Shown: positions 9,118-18,541, counted from the stretch's first letter. The stretch is DNA of 64,000 nucleotides from Candidatus Lustribacter sp. (GCA_965277805.1 OZ255842.1:2264894-2328893); one strand, 5' to 3'. Notes: a model not told the origin generated them from the letters alone. Made by a program: numbers and translations.

Positions 9118-9251
9118 CGCGGAGTGCAATTTTTTCTTGTCATGCCGAGCGGAGCGCCAAAGGGCGCGTAGTCGATGTACGCGCGAAAATTGCGCCTGGA
9201 GCCAGGGCAATGCCACGACGTTGTCCTTCAACCGACCACGCGCACTCCGCG
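9118..9251. repeat. Intergenic element bounded by 10-bp inverted repeats between convergent genes
   Basis: CGCGGAGTGC (9118-9127) is the reverse complement of GCACTCCGCG (9242-9251). Internal short GC hairpins occur, e.g. GCGCC-AAAG-GGCGC around 9154-9167. There is no convincing ORF. Confidence 0.3.
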
Positions 9252-9259
9252 CGCTTCCC

Positions 9260-11464
9260 TCAGGATCCCGCGGGGGCGAGCGCTGCAAGGTCTAGGCGGA
9301 TGTCATGAGGATCGCCTTCGTCTTTTCGGCAGATGTCTACGGAGTGCAGTAGACCGCAGGCCGGGCAGGCGTAGCGACGGGCCTCGAGTTTTGCATGCAC
9401 GATGAGGCCCATACCGAGTTCTTCGGCGTTTGCCGTCGCGTACGCGGCAGACGCACGCCAGTTTTCGCTTGCAGGCGCAAAGGCATGACCGCAGCGGCAG
9501 ACGGTCCAGAACGCGCCCGCATCGTCGCGGCGCACTTCAAGCCGGTCACCGATCCGGCAAGACCGTACGAGCGCACCTTTCGGTTCGGCCGTTCGCGGCA
9601 TGCGCACCGGCCAGGCGGTGCGTTCCGCGCGTAGCGCCGCGCGGCGTTGATCGCTTGCCGCAACGTCGATGTGCCCGTCCGCATCGAAGATGCAGCCGAA
9701 GAAACGCGATGCGGCTTCGCGCGTGATTGCGGCCTCGTCGAGATCGTGTGCGAGATCTTCGAAAGTGCGTTCGAGCGGATCGCCCCAGCCCGCACCGGCG
9801 GGCGGATCGGCACGGACGACGTCGCCCGCGCGGAGCACGAGCGTTTGCGGCGGCGGTTGCGGCGAAACATACGTTTCGCCGTCGATCTCATCGAAGAGCG
9901 GGATGTGTCCGCCCGCAAACGTAGCTTCGACGTCCGTATTCCGCAGCAGCACGCTGCCCATTTCCGATCCCGGGTAGCCGCCGAACACGCCGGTTGAATC
10001 GGGCACGTGCCAGGTGCGGCCGATGCGCTGGAAGGTCGGTTCCGAGCCGTGCGGCGTGTAGACGCCGACCACGCTCGAACCGCCGCGCCGCCGCCCGGCG
10101 CCGCCGCCGTCGGAGGCCCAACCGCGCCGCAGGTAAAGGATCGGCAGGTCTAGCTCGAGCGCTTCCACGTTGCTGATCTGCGCGCGCACGATGCCGTGAT
10201 GGCCGTGCGCGGACACGCCGTCGTGATCGGAATACGCGCCCGCGCCCGACGCCAACACGTCGAATGTGCGGCCGGCAAAACGTTCGCCGTTTTGATTCGT
10301 GCCGTAAAAGAACAGCGACCCGGGACGCCCGCACGATGCCGCCGCGGCTTCCGGCAAGTAGAGATCGGAGCAAGCCGCGAGGCGCGAGATCGCGAGCGTC
10401 GTCGCGAGGTCGACTTCCCAGACCGCACCGCTGATGTTCCCGCTGACCGCCGCCGGGCGCCGCGCGTTGCAGATGCGCCCTTCGGGGCACGTTACCTCCA
10501 GCACGCGATAGATGCCCGCGTTCCACGGAATGTCGTAAGCCAGCGTGGGCAGCAGCGCGCCGGAAATTCCCGCCATCAAACCGCCGAAGGTGCAGTTCGT
10601 CGAATTGGCAACTTGCGGCGAAGATTTCGAGTAATCGAGCAGCAGCCGGTCACCCGTTTTGGTCATTTCAACGTGCACGACCGGCACGTCTCCGAACGAC
10701 GGATCGTATTCGAGAAAACCCGCCGCCGTAACGGTCGCATCGGGCAGCTCGCGCAGACGCGCACGCAAACGTATTTCGGACGCGTCGCACAGCGCCGCCA
10801 TCACGCGGCGCAGCATCGGGACCCCATAGCGCCGCGCCAGTTGGCTCAACCCGTCGACTGCAGCCATGTTGGCAGCGAGCAGGCCTTTGAGATCGAGGCT
10901 CATCGTCGCCGGATGGCGGCAGTTACCGAGAATGAAGCGCCACAAATCGGTGCGCAGCGCTCCCCCTTCGACGAGCTTGAGCGGCGGCAGCAGCAGCCCT
11001 TCCTGAAACGCTTCGGTCGCCGGCAGCATGACGCTGCCTTCGTACAAGCCGCCGATGTCCGACATGTGCATCATCGCGCCGGCCCAGAAAAGCAGCTCGC
11101 CATCGATAAACACCGGCGTCATCAGTGCCATGTCCGGTGCGTGCACGGAGCCCGCCCAGGGATCGTTGACGACAAACGTATCGCCGGGCCCGATGTCCGG
11201 CGCGCAGTCGGCGATGACGCTCCGGCACAGTGCCGCCATGGTTGCGGCGTGGTGCAACACGGTCCGTCCCATCGCGGCGACCGAACCGTCGGCAAGGTAG
11301 AGACCGACGTTGTAATCCGACATCTCGGTGACGTGCTTCGAGCCGGAGATCGTCGTCAGGCGCGCCGCCGACTCATCCGTGATACCGAGAAGGCGGTGCC
11401 GGATCACCTCGAACGTGACCGCATCGGTCGCATCCGGGAGCGGCGGTTGTTGGAGCGTACTCAT
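9260..11464 (-). CDS. HyuB-family large subunit with C-terminal acetone-carboxylase-gamma-like zinc ribbon (paralogue 2)
   Basis: I chose the start MSTLQQ.. at 11464, which forms an ATGA overlap with the upstream stop (11461-11464). The core is about 70% identical by eye to 1033-3222. The tail (9263-9514) reads WTVCRCGH..ENWR..YACPACGLLH..DPHDIRL. Confidence 0.9.
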   Translation of the reverse strand: MSTLQQPPLPDATDAVTFEVIRHRLLGITDESAARLTTISGSKHVTEMSDYNVGLYLADGSVAAMGRTVLHHAATMAALCRSVIADCAPDIGPGDTFVVNDPWAGSVHAPDMALMTPVFIDGELLFWAGAMMHMSDIGGLYEGSVMLPATEAFQEGLLLPPLKLVEGGALRTDLWRFILGNCRHPATMSLDLKGLLAANMAAVDGLSQLARRYGVPMLRRVMAALCDASEIRLRARLRELPDATVTAAGFLEYDPSFGDVPVVHVEMTKTGDRLLLDYSKSSPQVANSTNCTFGGLMAGISGALLPTLAYDIPWNAGIYRVLEVTCPEGRICNARRPAAVSGNISGAVWEVDLATTLAISRLAACSDLYLPEAAAASCGRPGSLFFYGTNQNGERFAGRTFDVLASGAGAYSDHDGVSAHGHHGIVRAQISNVEALELDLPILYLRRGWASDGGGAGRRRGGSSVVGVYTPHGSEPTFQRIGRTWHVPDSTGVFGGYPGSEMGSVLLRNTDVEATFAGGHIPLFDEIDGETYVSPQPPPQTLVLRAGDVVRADPPAGAGWGDPLERTFEDLAHDLDEAAITREAASRFFGCIFDADGHIDVAASDQRRAALRAERTAWPVRMPRTAEPKGALVRSCRIGDRLEVRRDDAGAFWTVCRCGHAFAPASENWRASAAYATANAEELGMGLIVHAKLEARRYACPACGLLHSVDICRKDEGDPHDIRLDLAALAPAGS

Positions 11465-12402
11465 GCGGTCAGCGTCTCGCGCGCGAACGACAGATCCCAC
11501 ATCTCGAGCGGATTGAAGCCGTCGAGGCCGGCGTACTGCGCGCGCGCGATCTCGAGCGCGTTCGCCAAGCCCGCGATCGTCGGGAGTGGCGAGCCGCCAA
11601 CCTCAGCGACGAGATGCCCCACGATGCGCGCGATATCATCATCGCCGTTCATGGTGAAGTGTTCGCGCAAATCTGCGAGACACTCCGCGGTCACGAGGTC
11701 GAGCGTCCATCCCGGTTCGCTGCTTACGCGATGGTTGGCATCGTGCATCGCGTGCGCGAGCGCGCGAATCGCTTGCGGTGCTCGTGTTACCAAGGCTTCT
11801 GTCGTGGTCGGAATGACGTGGCCCCCTTCGAATGGGAACGGCGGCGTGGGAATCTGGTGCAGTCCGGCCGCGAGCGCGGCATCGGCGTAGGCCGGCGACA
11901 TAAAACAGGCATCACAGCGGCCATCGGCTACGGCTTTCCAAACGCCCCAACGACCGAGTTCCTTCTCCTCGACGACGACCTGTTCGATCTCGTGGAGCAG
12001 ACCGAGATGGCCGAAGGCGACCGTGGGCAGCGAACGTTGCGGGCCGTGATCGCGCACGGCGATGCGCTTTCCGCGCAGATCGTTCATCGACTCAATCGAT
12101 CCGCGCACGAGCAGCCATTCGGTCCACACGTGCGCAGCCGAAGCGACCGTGACAAACGGTGCGCCGGCTGCCCGCAGGCGTTGCAAGCCCCAGTAGTTCT
12201 CGGCCAGCACATCGACCTCACCGCGGCGGAGCTTTTCACTCCAATCCTCGCTGCCGGCTTGACGATGACGCACGAGTTCGACCTCGAGGCCGTACGGCGC
12301 GGCGCAACGCCGAAGCGCACACAGATAGGGCAACCGGTCGACATCGCGATAGAGCAGCGTCAGCCGCAACTCAGCGGGCGCGGATGACGACATTCCCACC
12401 AT
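11461..12402 (-). CDS. Leaderless PBP-fold (NMT1/SsuA-like) protein, partner of HyuB-gamma (paralogue of 96-1031)
   Basis: 313 aa with no signal peptide. Its sequence LLYRDVDRLPYL..GKRIAVRDHGPQRS..GRCDA.FM.PAY.DAALAAGL matches 96-1031. Its stop overlaps the HyuB-gamma start. An alternative Met lies at 12393. Confidence 0.75.
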   Translation of the reverse strand: MVGMSSSAPAELRLTLLYRDVDRLPYLCALRRCAAPYGLEVELVRHRQAGSEDWSEKLRRGEVDVLAENYWGLQRLRAAGAPFVTVASAAHVWTEWLLVRGSIESMNDLRGKRIAVRDHGPQRSLPTVAFGHLGLLHEIEQVVVEEKELGRWGVWKAVADGRCDACFMSPAYADAALAAGLHQIPTPPFPFEGGHVIPTTTEALVTRAPQAIRALAHAMHDANHRVSSEPGWTLDLVTAECLADLREHFTMNGDDDIARIVGHLVAEVGGSPLPTIAGLANALEIARAQYAGLDGFNPLEMWDLSFARETLTA

Positions 12403-14482
12403 GGTCTTTGACCGCGCGCTGGTTCGGCCCCAGCACGACGGTCGTCCCGAAGAATTCGAGAATCGCCGGCCCGTCGATGTCCGTATCCGCGGGGACGCGT
12501 TCGCCGCGATAGATCGCGGTCGGAACCATCTCTTTCTCGAACATCACGTTGCGATCGCCGAGCTTGGCACCGGCCAGCGATTGTTCGGCCGCTCCGTTCT
12601 CGGACGGCGACACGCTCGGTGAGGGCACGCGCCCTTCCACGCGGAACGTGTTGATCTCGATTCCGGCCTCGGCGAGACTCGTTCCCGGACCGTAGATCCG
12701 CTCGTAGCGCAGGTAGAAGTCGCGTATCAGCGCGTCGAGCGCCACGCGATCGAGCGGGTCGTTCGCGACCGGAACTGCCAACTCGTGCACTTGCTTGCGG
12801 AAACGGAAGTACAGGGTTCGCTTGAGCTGCAGCTGCGGATGCTCGTGCATGGCGGCGCGGCAGCGTTCTTCCAATTGCGCGAAGGTCCCGTTGATGCGCT
12901 CGAGGTCAAAGTGCTCGGCGGGATTCGGCGTTCCGGGCGGCGTGTGCTGAGGATCGCTGCGCTGAAAGCTGCGAAAACGATCGGACGATACCGCGCCGTA
13001 GCCGGAGTGTACGGTCGCCGTGTGCGGTACGACCACGGTGGAAATACCGGCCTCTTGCGCGATCGCGTAGCCGTGCGTCGGTCCAGCGCCGCCGTAGGCG
13101 AACATCACGAAGTCGCGCGGATCGTACCCCTGCTGAACGGTCAGCGTACGCACGAGATCCGCCATTTGGTTTTCCGCGACCGAACGGATTCCCGATGCGG
13201 CTTCCGTTACCGATAGGCCGAGCGGCTCGGCAATGTGCAGCCGGATCGCTTCTTCGGCCAGCTCGCGATAGAGCGGGATGGCCCCGCCGAGGAAATACTT
13301 CGGATCGATGATGCCGAGCACGACATCGGCGTCGGTAACCGTCGGCCGCGTTCCACCTGCACCGTAGCAGGCCGGCCCGGGCACGGCGCCCGCGCTTTCG
13401 GGACCGACCAGCAGCACGCCGTGCTCGATCGACGCGATGCTCCCGCCACCGGCGCCGATTGCGGTCACGCGAATCCGGGGCGAAGCGATATGGTAACTTC
13501 CGGTGATACTCTGCGTTGCGACCAGCGGTTCGCCGTCGACGATCAGACCGGCATCGAAGCTCGTGCCGCCCATGTCGCCGGTGATGACGTTGGGAAAACC
13601 GAGGCGGCGCGCGAGCGCGGCCGACGCGAGGACGCCGCCGGCCGGACCCGAGACCATGAGCTCGACCGCGCGACCGCCGGCCTCGCGCGCTTCGACCACG
13701 CCGCCGGCCGAATCCATTACGGTGAAGTCGCCGGTGAAACCGTTCTGCCGCAGACGATCCTCGAGCACTTGCACGTAACGGCGAATGATCGGTCCGAGGT
13801 ATGAATTGACCACGGTCGTCGCGGTGCGCTCATATTCGCCGATGATCGGTGCGATCTCGCAAGAGAGGGTGATGAAAACGTCCGGGCACTCTTCGCGAAT
13901 GATGCGCGCCGCTTCGATCTCGTGATCCGCACGAACGAACGACCAGAGAAAGCAGATCGCGACGGCATTCACGCCCGCCTCGCGAATCCGCTGCGCGGCC
14001 GCTTGCACTTGATCGAGCTGCAACGGAACGATCTCGGCGCCGGCGGAGTCGAGCCGCTCGTCGATTTCGATGATGTCTGCCCGCGGCACGAGCGGCACCG
14101 GATTGCGGCGTTCGCTGTAGTGGCTCGAGCGCTCGCCGATGCCCGTCCACGACCCCATCGCGCGCTGAATGAACATGGTATCGGCGAAGCCGCGCGTCGT
14201 AAGCAGTACGGTACGTTCGCCCTTGCGCTCGATGTAGGCGTTCGTTGCGGCGGTCGTCCCGTGCGCGAAGTAACTCACGCTGCGCGTGAACTGCTCGAGC
14301 GTCAAATCGTGATCGGCGGCCGCGAGCTTGAACCCTTCGAGCACCGCTTGACTGCGGTCGCTCGGCGTCGTCGGCACCTTGAATTGACGCAATGCGCCGG
14401 CTTCGTCGATCACCACCATGTCGGTAAACGTCCCGCCGATATCGGTCCCAACCAGGAACCGCCGCCCGTCAGTCGTTGGCAT
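12371..14482 (-). CDS. Hydantoinase A/oxoprolinase (HyuA)-family ATPase subunit (paralogue 1)
   Basis: The six-frame ORF runs to 15067, but its first 195 codons are Arg/Ser-rich shadow sequence. The real start is MPTTDGRRFLVGTDIGGTFTDMVV at 14482. It has the ASKHA-type motifs GTDIGGTFTD and ITGDMGGTSFD. Confidence 0.9.
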   Translation of the reverse strand: MPTTDGRRFLVGTDIGGTFTDMVVIDEAGALRQFKVPTTPSDRSQAVLEGFKLAAADHDLTLEQFTRSVSYFAHGTTAATNAYIERKGERTVLLTTRGFADTMFIQRAMGSWTGIGERSSHYSERRNPVPLVPRADIIEIDERLDSAGAEIVPLQLDQVQAAAQRIREAGVNAVAICFLWSFVRADHEIEAARIIREECPDVFITLSCEIAPIIGEYERTATTVVNSYLGPIIRRYVQVLEDRLRQNGFTGDFTVMDSAGGVVEAREAGGRAVELMVSGPAGGVLASAALARRLGFPNVITGDMGGTSFDAGLIVDGEPLVATQSITGSYHIASPRIRVTAIGAGGGSIASIEHGVLLVGPESAGAVPGPACYGAGGTRPTVTDADVVLGIIDPKYFLGGAIPLYRELAEEAIRLHIAEPLGLSVTEAASGIRSVAENQMADLVRTLTVQQGYDPRDFVMFAYGGAGPTHGYAIAQEAGISTVVVPHTATVHSGYGAVSSDRFRSFQRSDPQHTPPGTPNPAEHFDLERINGTFAQLEERCRAAMHEHPQLQLKRTLYFRFRKQVHELAVPVANDPLDRVALDALIRDFYLRYERIYGPGTSLAEAGIEINTFRVEGRVPSPSVSPSENGAAEQSLAGAKLGDRNVMFEKEMVPTAIYRGERVPADTDIDGPAILEFFGTTVVLGPNQRAVKDHGGNVVIRAR

Positions 14483-15266
14483 AGTCGTGATCCGGATGGT
14501 TGACGGCGCCGACACGCCAGTAACCACGGGTGACGATGCGCTCCTTATCGAGGCCCGAGCGTTCGACGATCGTTCCGCGCAAACGCCGCATCGCGATCGC
14601 TTCACAGCCCACGTAGACGCGGCCGGCGCCCGCCGGCCACGCGAACTTCTCGAGCTCGGCGAACAGTGCCGAGCCCGGCCCGCTGTCATCGCGCACGACC
14701 CAACGGATGTCGTTGCCGGGTGCGCCCGGCAGCGGCCGCTCCTCATCGGCAGTGAGCATCTCGATGAACGCGGTGACCTTGACGCTCGCCGGTAATACCT
14801 CAAGCAGCGTCTCGAGCGCCGGCAGCGCCGTCTCGTCGACCGCGAACACATACCAGGCGGCGGTTTCGTCGACTTCATAGCCGCGCGCGGGCCCGAGCAA
14901 CACGAGTTCCTGACCCCGTTGCGCCTGCATCGCCCAGGTCGAACCCGGACCGTCTCCGTGCAGTACGAAATCGACCTCGAGGCGTTGCGTTTGCGGATCG
15001 AAACGGCGCGGCGTATACGTGCGCGTGGTCGTCCGCCGCGGACCGTCCGGATCGTACGGCGGCACATTAGTTTGCCCCGGCTCCGGGAAGATCAGCTTCA
15101 AATGCGCGGCGGGACCGGACCACACGAAGCCCGCCAATTCTTGGCCTTCAAACGTAATGCGCCGAACCCGCGGGCTCAGGCGCTGCACGCCCGCAACGCT
15201 GATCCGGCGCGGCGTGCGCGGTTTGCGCTTGCGGGGCGAAGGCGCGGTTGATGTCGTTGTTTCCAA
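14469..15266 (-). CDS. Siderophore-interacting-protein (SIP/ViuB)-family FAD-binding reductase
   Basis: The TTG start at 15266 has AGGAGA 5-6 nt upstream. Motifs are RTYTPRRFD (RxYT FAD motif), VDETALPAL and RGYWRVG. It overlaps the HyuA start by 14 nt. Confidence 0.8.
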   Translation of the reverse strand: METTTSTAPSPRKRKPRTPRRISVAGVQRLSPRVRRITFEGQELAGFVWSGPAAHLKLIFPEPGQTNVPPYDPDGPRRTTTRTYTPRRFDPQTQRLEVDFVLHGDGPGSTWAMQAQRGQELVLLGPARGYEVDETAAWYVFAVDETALPALETLLEVLPASVKVTAFIEMLTADEERPLPGAPGNDIRWVVRDDSGPGSALFAELEKFAWPAGAGRVYVGCEAIAMRRLRGTIVERSGLDKERIVTRGYWRVGAVNHPDHDYAND

Positions 15267-15275
15267 GAAAGTCTC

Positions 15276-17462
15276 CTAAGCCAAGACGAGCCGGATGTCG
15301 TGTAAATCCGGACTTTCCTTGCGGGACACGTCGACCGCATGCAGACGTCCGCAGGCGGGGCACGCGTAGGCACGTCCCTCCATCGCCTCGTTGATCTTCA
15401 AGCCCATGCCGAGCTGATCGGCCGGAATGATCTTCCGTCCTGCGAACTCGCGCCAATTGTCCCGTGCGTGTGCGAGCGTATGCCCGCAGTTGCAGCGCGT
15501 CCAATAGTCGCCGGCCGCATCGCGGTCGACCTGCATGCGATCCCCGAGCGGCGCCACGCGTACGAGGTCGCCGGCCGGCTTCGCATCGAGCGTCTTCTTC
15601 CGCGGCCAAGCCTTGCGCTCGGCATGGATCTTCGCGCGCGATTCATCCGAACGCGCTGTATCGAGCGTTCCGTCGGCGCTCAGCACGCAGCCGTACAGCC
15701 GTTCCGCAGCCGCCGCTGAAATCGCGCCCGCGAGCAGGTCACGCTGCACTTCGGCGACAGGCCGGTCGAGCGGATCGCCCCAACCCGCACCGGTCGGCGG
15801 ATTCGCGCGGACGACGTCGGTGGCATCCAGCAGCATATTCATCGAGCGATCTGCGGGATCAATCCACTCGCCCTTCAGATCGCCGAAATCCGGAACCTGA
15901 CCCGATTTGAGCCGCTCGAGCACGTCGGTGTGCCGAATGAGATCGTGCCCGGTTTCCGAGCCCGGATAGCCGCCGAAGAGACCCAGCGAGTCGGGCGTCT
16001 TCCACTCCTGATTGATGTACTGAAACGTCGCTTGGGCTTTGTGCGGTGCGTAGACGCCAAGCAAGCTCAGGCCGCCGCGATGGCTGCCGGCGCCGCCGCT
16101 GTCCGTCGCCCAGCCGCGCCGCAGATACAAGATCGGGTAGTCGAGTTCGAGCACCTCGGCGTTGCTGATCAGCGTGCGCTCCATGCCGTGGTGACCTTGC
16201 GTCGAGACACCGTCGTGATCGGCATACGCACCGCCGCCCGACGCGATGACGTCGTACGTGCGCCCGCGGTAGCGTTCGCCGTGCTGGTTCATTCCGAAGA
16301 AGGCCAGCGTGCGCGGGCGTCCGCACGGCGCGGCCTGCGCCTCGCCCAGTAACGTGTCCGAGCACGCGACGATCCGCGATACGGCGATGAGCGTCGCGAC
16401 TTCTGATTCCCACACGGCGCCCGCGATGTTGCCGCTGACGGCGGCCGGACGCTTCGCGTTGCAAATACGGCCTTCGGGGCAAATGATCTCGAGCGGACGG
16501 AACAAGCCTTCGTTCCATGGGATGCCGAAGGCGAGCGTCGGCAAGAGCGCCGCCGCAACGCCGGCCTTGAGACCGCCCAGCGTACAGTTGATCGCGCTGC
16601 CGACTTGGGCCGTCGACCCGGAGAAATCCAAGTGCAAACGGTCGCCCTCTTTGCGCAGCGCGACGTGAACCTCGGGAACCTCCCCGCGCTGGGGATCGAA
16701 TTCCATATATCCGGAACCGGTCACGAGACCGTCGGGTAGTTCCATGATCCGGCGCCGAAAGCGCGCTTCGGATGACGAGATCAACCGCGCCATCGCGATC
16801 TGCAGCAGATCGGCGCCGTAACGTCGGACCAGGTTCTGAAGCCCGTCGCGCGCGGCGAGGTTGGAGGCGATCAAGCCGCGCAAATCGAGGCTCATCGTCG
16901 CCGGGTGGCGGCTGTTGTTGGTGATGAAATGCAGCAGATCGTTGCGAACGCGGCCGCCTTCCACGATCTTGATGGGCGGGATCTGCATGCCTTCCTGATA
17001 GCACTCGACGGCCGCTTGCACGAGGCTGCCCTCCGCCATTCCGCCGATGTCCGACATGTGCATGATCGCGCCGGCCCACAACACCAGCCGGCCGTCGATG
17101 TGCAAGGGCGCGAGCATGGCGACGTCGGGTGCGTGCAGCGAGCCCTTCCAAGGGTCGTTGACGATGAACATGTCGCCTTCGTTGATCCCGGGATCGACCG
17201 CGCAGTCTGCGATCACCGCGCGCACCATCTCAGCCATACAGGCGGAGTGGTGCAGCGAGGTGTGCCCCATAGCCGCGACCGATCCGTCGGCGAGATACAA
17301 ACCGACGTTGAAGTCGGACATTTCGGTCACTTGCTTCGAGCCCGAGATCGTCATCAAACGCGCGGCTTGTTCGCTCGTGATGCCGTGCAGCCGATGCCGG
17401 ATGACCTCGAAGGCAACCGGGTCGATGACCTCGTCTTCGCGGACCTTCTCAAATGTCGTCAC
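15276..17462 (-). CDS. HyuB-family large subunit with C-terminal acetone-carboxylase-gamma-like zinc ribbon (paralogue 3)
   Basis: The GTG start at 17462 has AGGAA upstream; the product is 728 aa. The core shows FEVIRHRL..SGSKQVTEMSDFNVGLY..VNDPWKGSLHAPD. The tail (15279-15509) reads WTRCNCGH..DNWREF..YACPACGRLH..DLHDIRL. Confidence 0.9.
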   Translation of the reverse strand: MTTFEKVREDEVIDPVAFEVIRHRLHGITSEQAARLMTISGSKQVTEMSDFNVGLYLADGSVAAMGHTSLHHSACMAEMVRAVIADCAVDPGINEGDMFIVNDPWKGSLHAPDVAMLAPLHIDGRLVLWAGAIMHMSDIGGMAEGSLVQAAVECYQEGMQIPPIKIVEGGRVRNDLLHFITNNSRHPATMSLDLRGLIASNLAARDGLQNLVRRYGADLLQIAMARLISSSEARFRRRIMELPDGLVTGSGYMEFDPQRGEVPEVHVALRKEGDRLHLDFSGSTAQVGSAINCTLGGLKAGVAAALLPTLAFGIPWNEGLFRPLEIICPEGRICNAKRPAAVSGNIAGAVWESEVATLIAVSRIVACSDTLLGEAQAAPCGRPRTLAFFGMNQHGERYRGRTYDVIASGGGAYADHDGVSTQGHHGMERTLISNAEVLELDYPILYLRRGWATDSGGAGSHRGGLSLLGVYAPHKAQATFQYINQEWKTPDSLGLFGGYPGSETGHDLIRHTDVLERLKSGQVPDFGDLKGEWIDPADRSMNMLLDATDVVRANPPTGAGWGDPLDRPVAEVQRDLLAGAISAAAAERLYGCVLSADGTLDTARSDESRAKIHAERKAWPRKKTLDAKPAGDLVRVAPLGDRMQVDRDAAGDYWTRCNCGHTLAHARDNWREFAGRKIIPADQLGMGLKINEAMEGRAYACPACGRLHAVDVSRKESPDLHDIRLVLA

Positions 17463-17476
17463 GTTGGATTCCTATG

Positions 17477-18505
17477 CTAGTGCGAGAACAGCGACGGGGT
17501 CTTGATCGCTTTGTCCAGATATGAGAAATCGATCACGCTGTGATAGTCCCAGGCTGGATTGGAGATGATTTGCTCGTCCTTGAGCACTTGAATGGCATTG
17601 GCAAACGCTTTCGGATCGAGCCTGGCATCGACCGGTGGCGTATTGCCGCGGAACGGTCCGGCGGCATAATACTCATACGCATCGGTGGCTGCGGCGACGC
17701 TGAGCGGACCGCCCTTCGCCAGCAGGTCGATCGCTTGCGCACGATTCTTTGGATCGAGGATGTAGTCACAACCCTTGGCCAGCGCGCCCATGAAGCGCAC
17801 GGCGGTATCAGGATTCGCCTTGAGCCAATTGCGGGTCGACATCACCAAGCCGTTGTTATACAGCTTCTGGCTCGCGCCGAAATGGGTCAGGGTGTGCATG
17901 CCGTTGAAATCGCCGCGATCGACGGGGTCGTTGATGTACGCGGCTGCAGCTTGGCCGCTCACGACCGCCGCGAGCCGGCCGGTGCTGGCACCGCCGATGT
18001 AGAGCGGCTTCCATTTGTCCTTGCCGACGTACCCGTTGATGAGCGCCGTACCGATCGCCTCGTTCGACGTGTTGTGCGCGGGCAGTGCGATCGTCTTCCC
18101 CACCAGCTGAGCGGGCGAGGTTATCGACGGCGGCGAGATTAGCGAAACCGGCGAACCTTCGCTGCTGCCCAACACGACGAGCTGGTCGCTCTGACCGTTC
18201 GCCGCCGGAATGACCGAGGCCGCGCCGGCCGTGACGATGTCGGCTTGCCCGCTGGTCAGTGCGCTGACGATCGCCGGATCGCCGTAAAGCACGACCGAGT
18301 TCCCGATGCGGATCCCGGCCTTCGCGAAATAGTTCCCTTGCTGCGCGCCGTAGATGCACCACGAGCCCAGTGTCGAGCCGTAGGTCGCGATGTTGACGGT
18401 CTTCAAATCGGGAGCTGCGTTCGTCTGCGCGACCGTCGCGGAATCCATGGAACCGAGTAACGTCAACGACACGGCGCCGCACAGCAACATCCGGGCAGTA
18501 ATCAT
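17477..18505 (-). CDS. Secreted NMT1/SsuA-like substrate-binding protein (first gene of the HyuB/HyuA operon)
   Basis: 342 aa with N-terminal signal MITARMLLCGAVSLTLLGSMDSATVAQ and AAGGGG upstream. It has the PBP pattern ..LVGKTIALPAHNTSNEA... Its C-terminus matches the partial gene at 1-81. Confidence 0.8.
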   Translation of the reverse strand: MITARMLLCGAVSLTLLGSMDSATVAQTNAAPDLKTVNIATYGSTLGSWCIYGAQQGNYFAKAGIRIGNSVVLYGDPAIVSALTSGQADIVTAGAASVIPAANGQSDQLVVLGSSEGSPVSLISPPSITSPAQLVGKTIALPAHNTSNEAIGTALINGYVGKDKWKPLYIGGASTGRLAAVVSGQAAAAYINDPVDRGDFNGMHTLTHFGASQKLYNNGLVMSTRNWLKANPDTAVRFMGALAKGCDYILDPKNRAQAIDLLAKGGPLSVAAATDAYEYYAAGPFRGNTPPVDARLDPKAFANAIQVLKDEQIISNPAWDYHSVIDFSYLDKAIKTPSLFSH

Positions 18506-18541
18506 GTCTTCGCCCCTTCACCAGGAGAGTATGCGTTTCCA

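Noticed and set aside
14483-15067. N-terminal 195-codon extension of the HyuA ORF (12371-15067, 898 aa).
   Set aside because: The extension is Arg/Ser/Cys-rich nonsense overlapping the well-supported SIP gene in another frame. The conserved HyuA N-terminus (GTDIGGTFTD) begins right after the Met at 14482, and the paralogue is 701 aa.
14469-15266. Interpreting the SIP-family gene as evidence for a siderophore or iron-uptake locus.
   Set aside because: The window has no siderophore synthesis, TonB-dependent receptor, Fur box or iron ABC genes, and the gene is embedded in the HyuB/HyuA operon.
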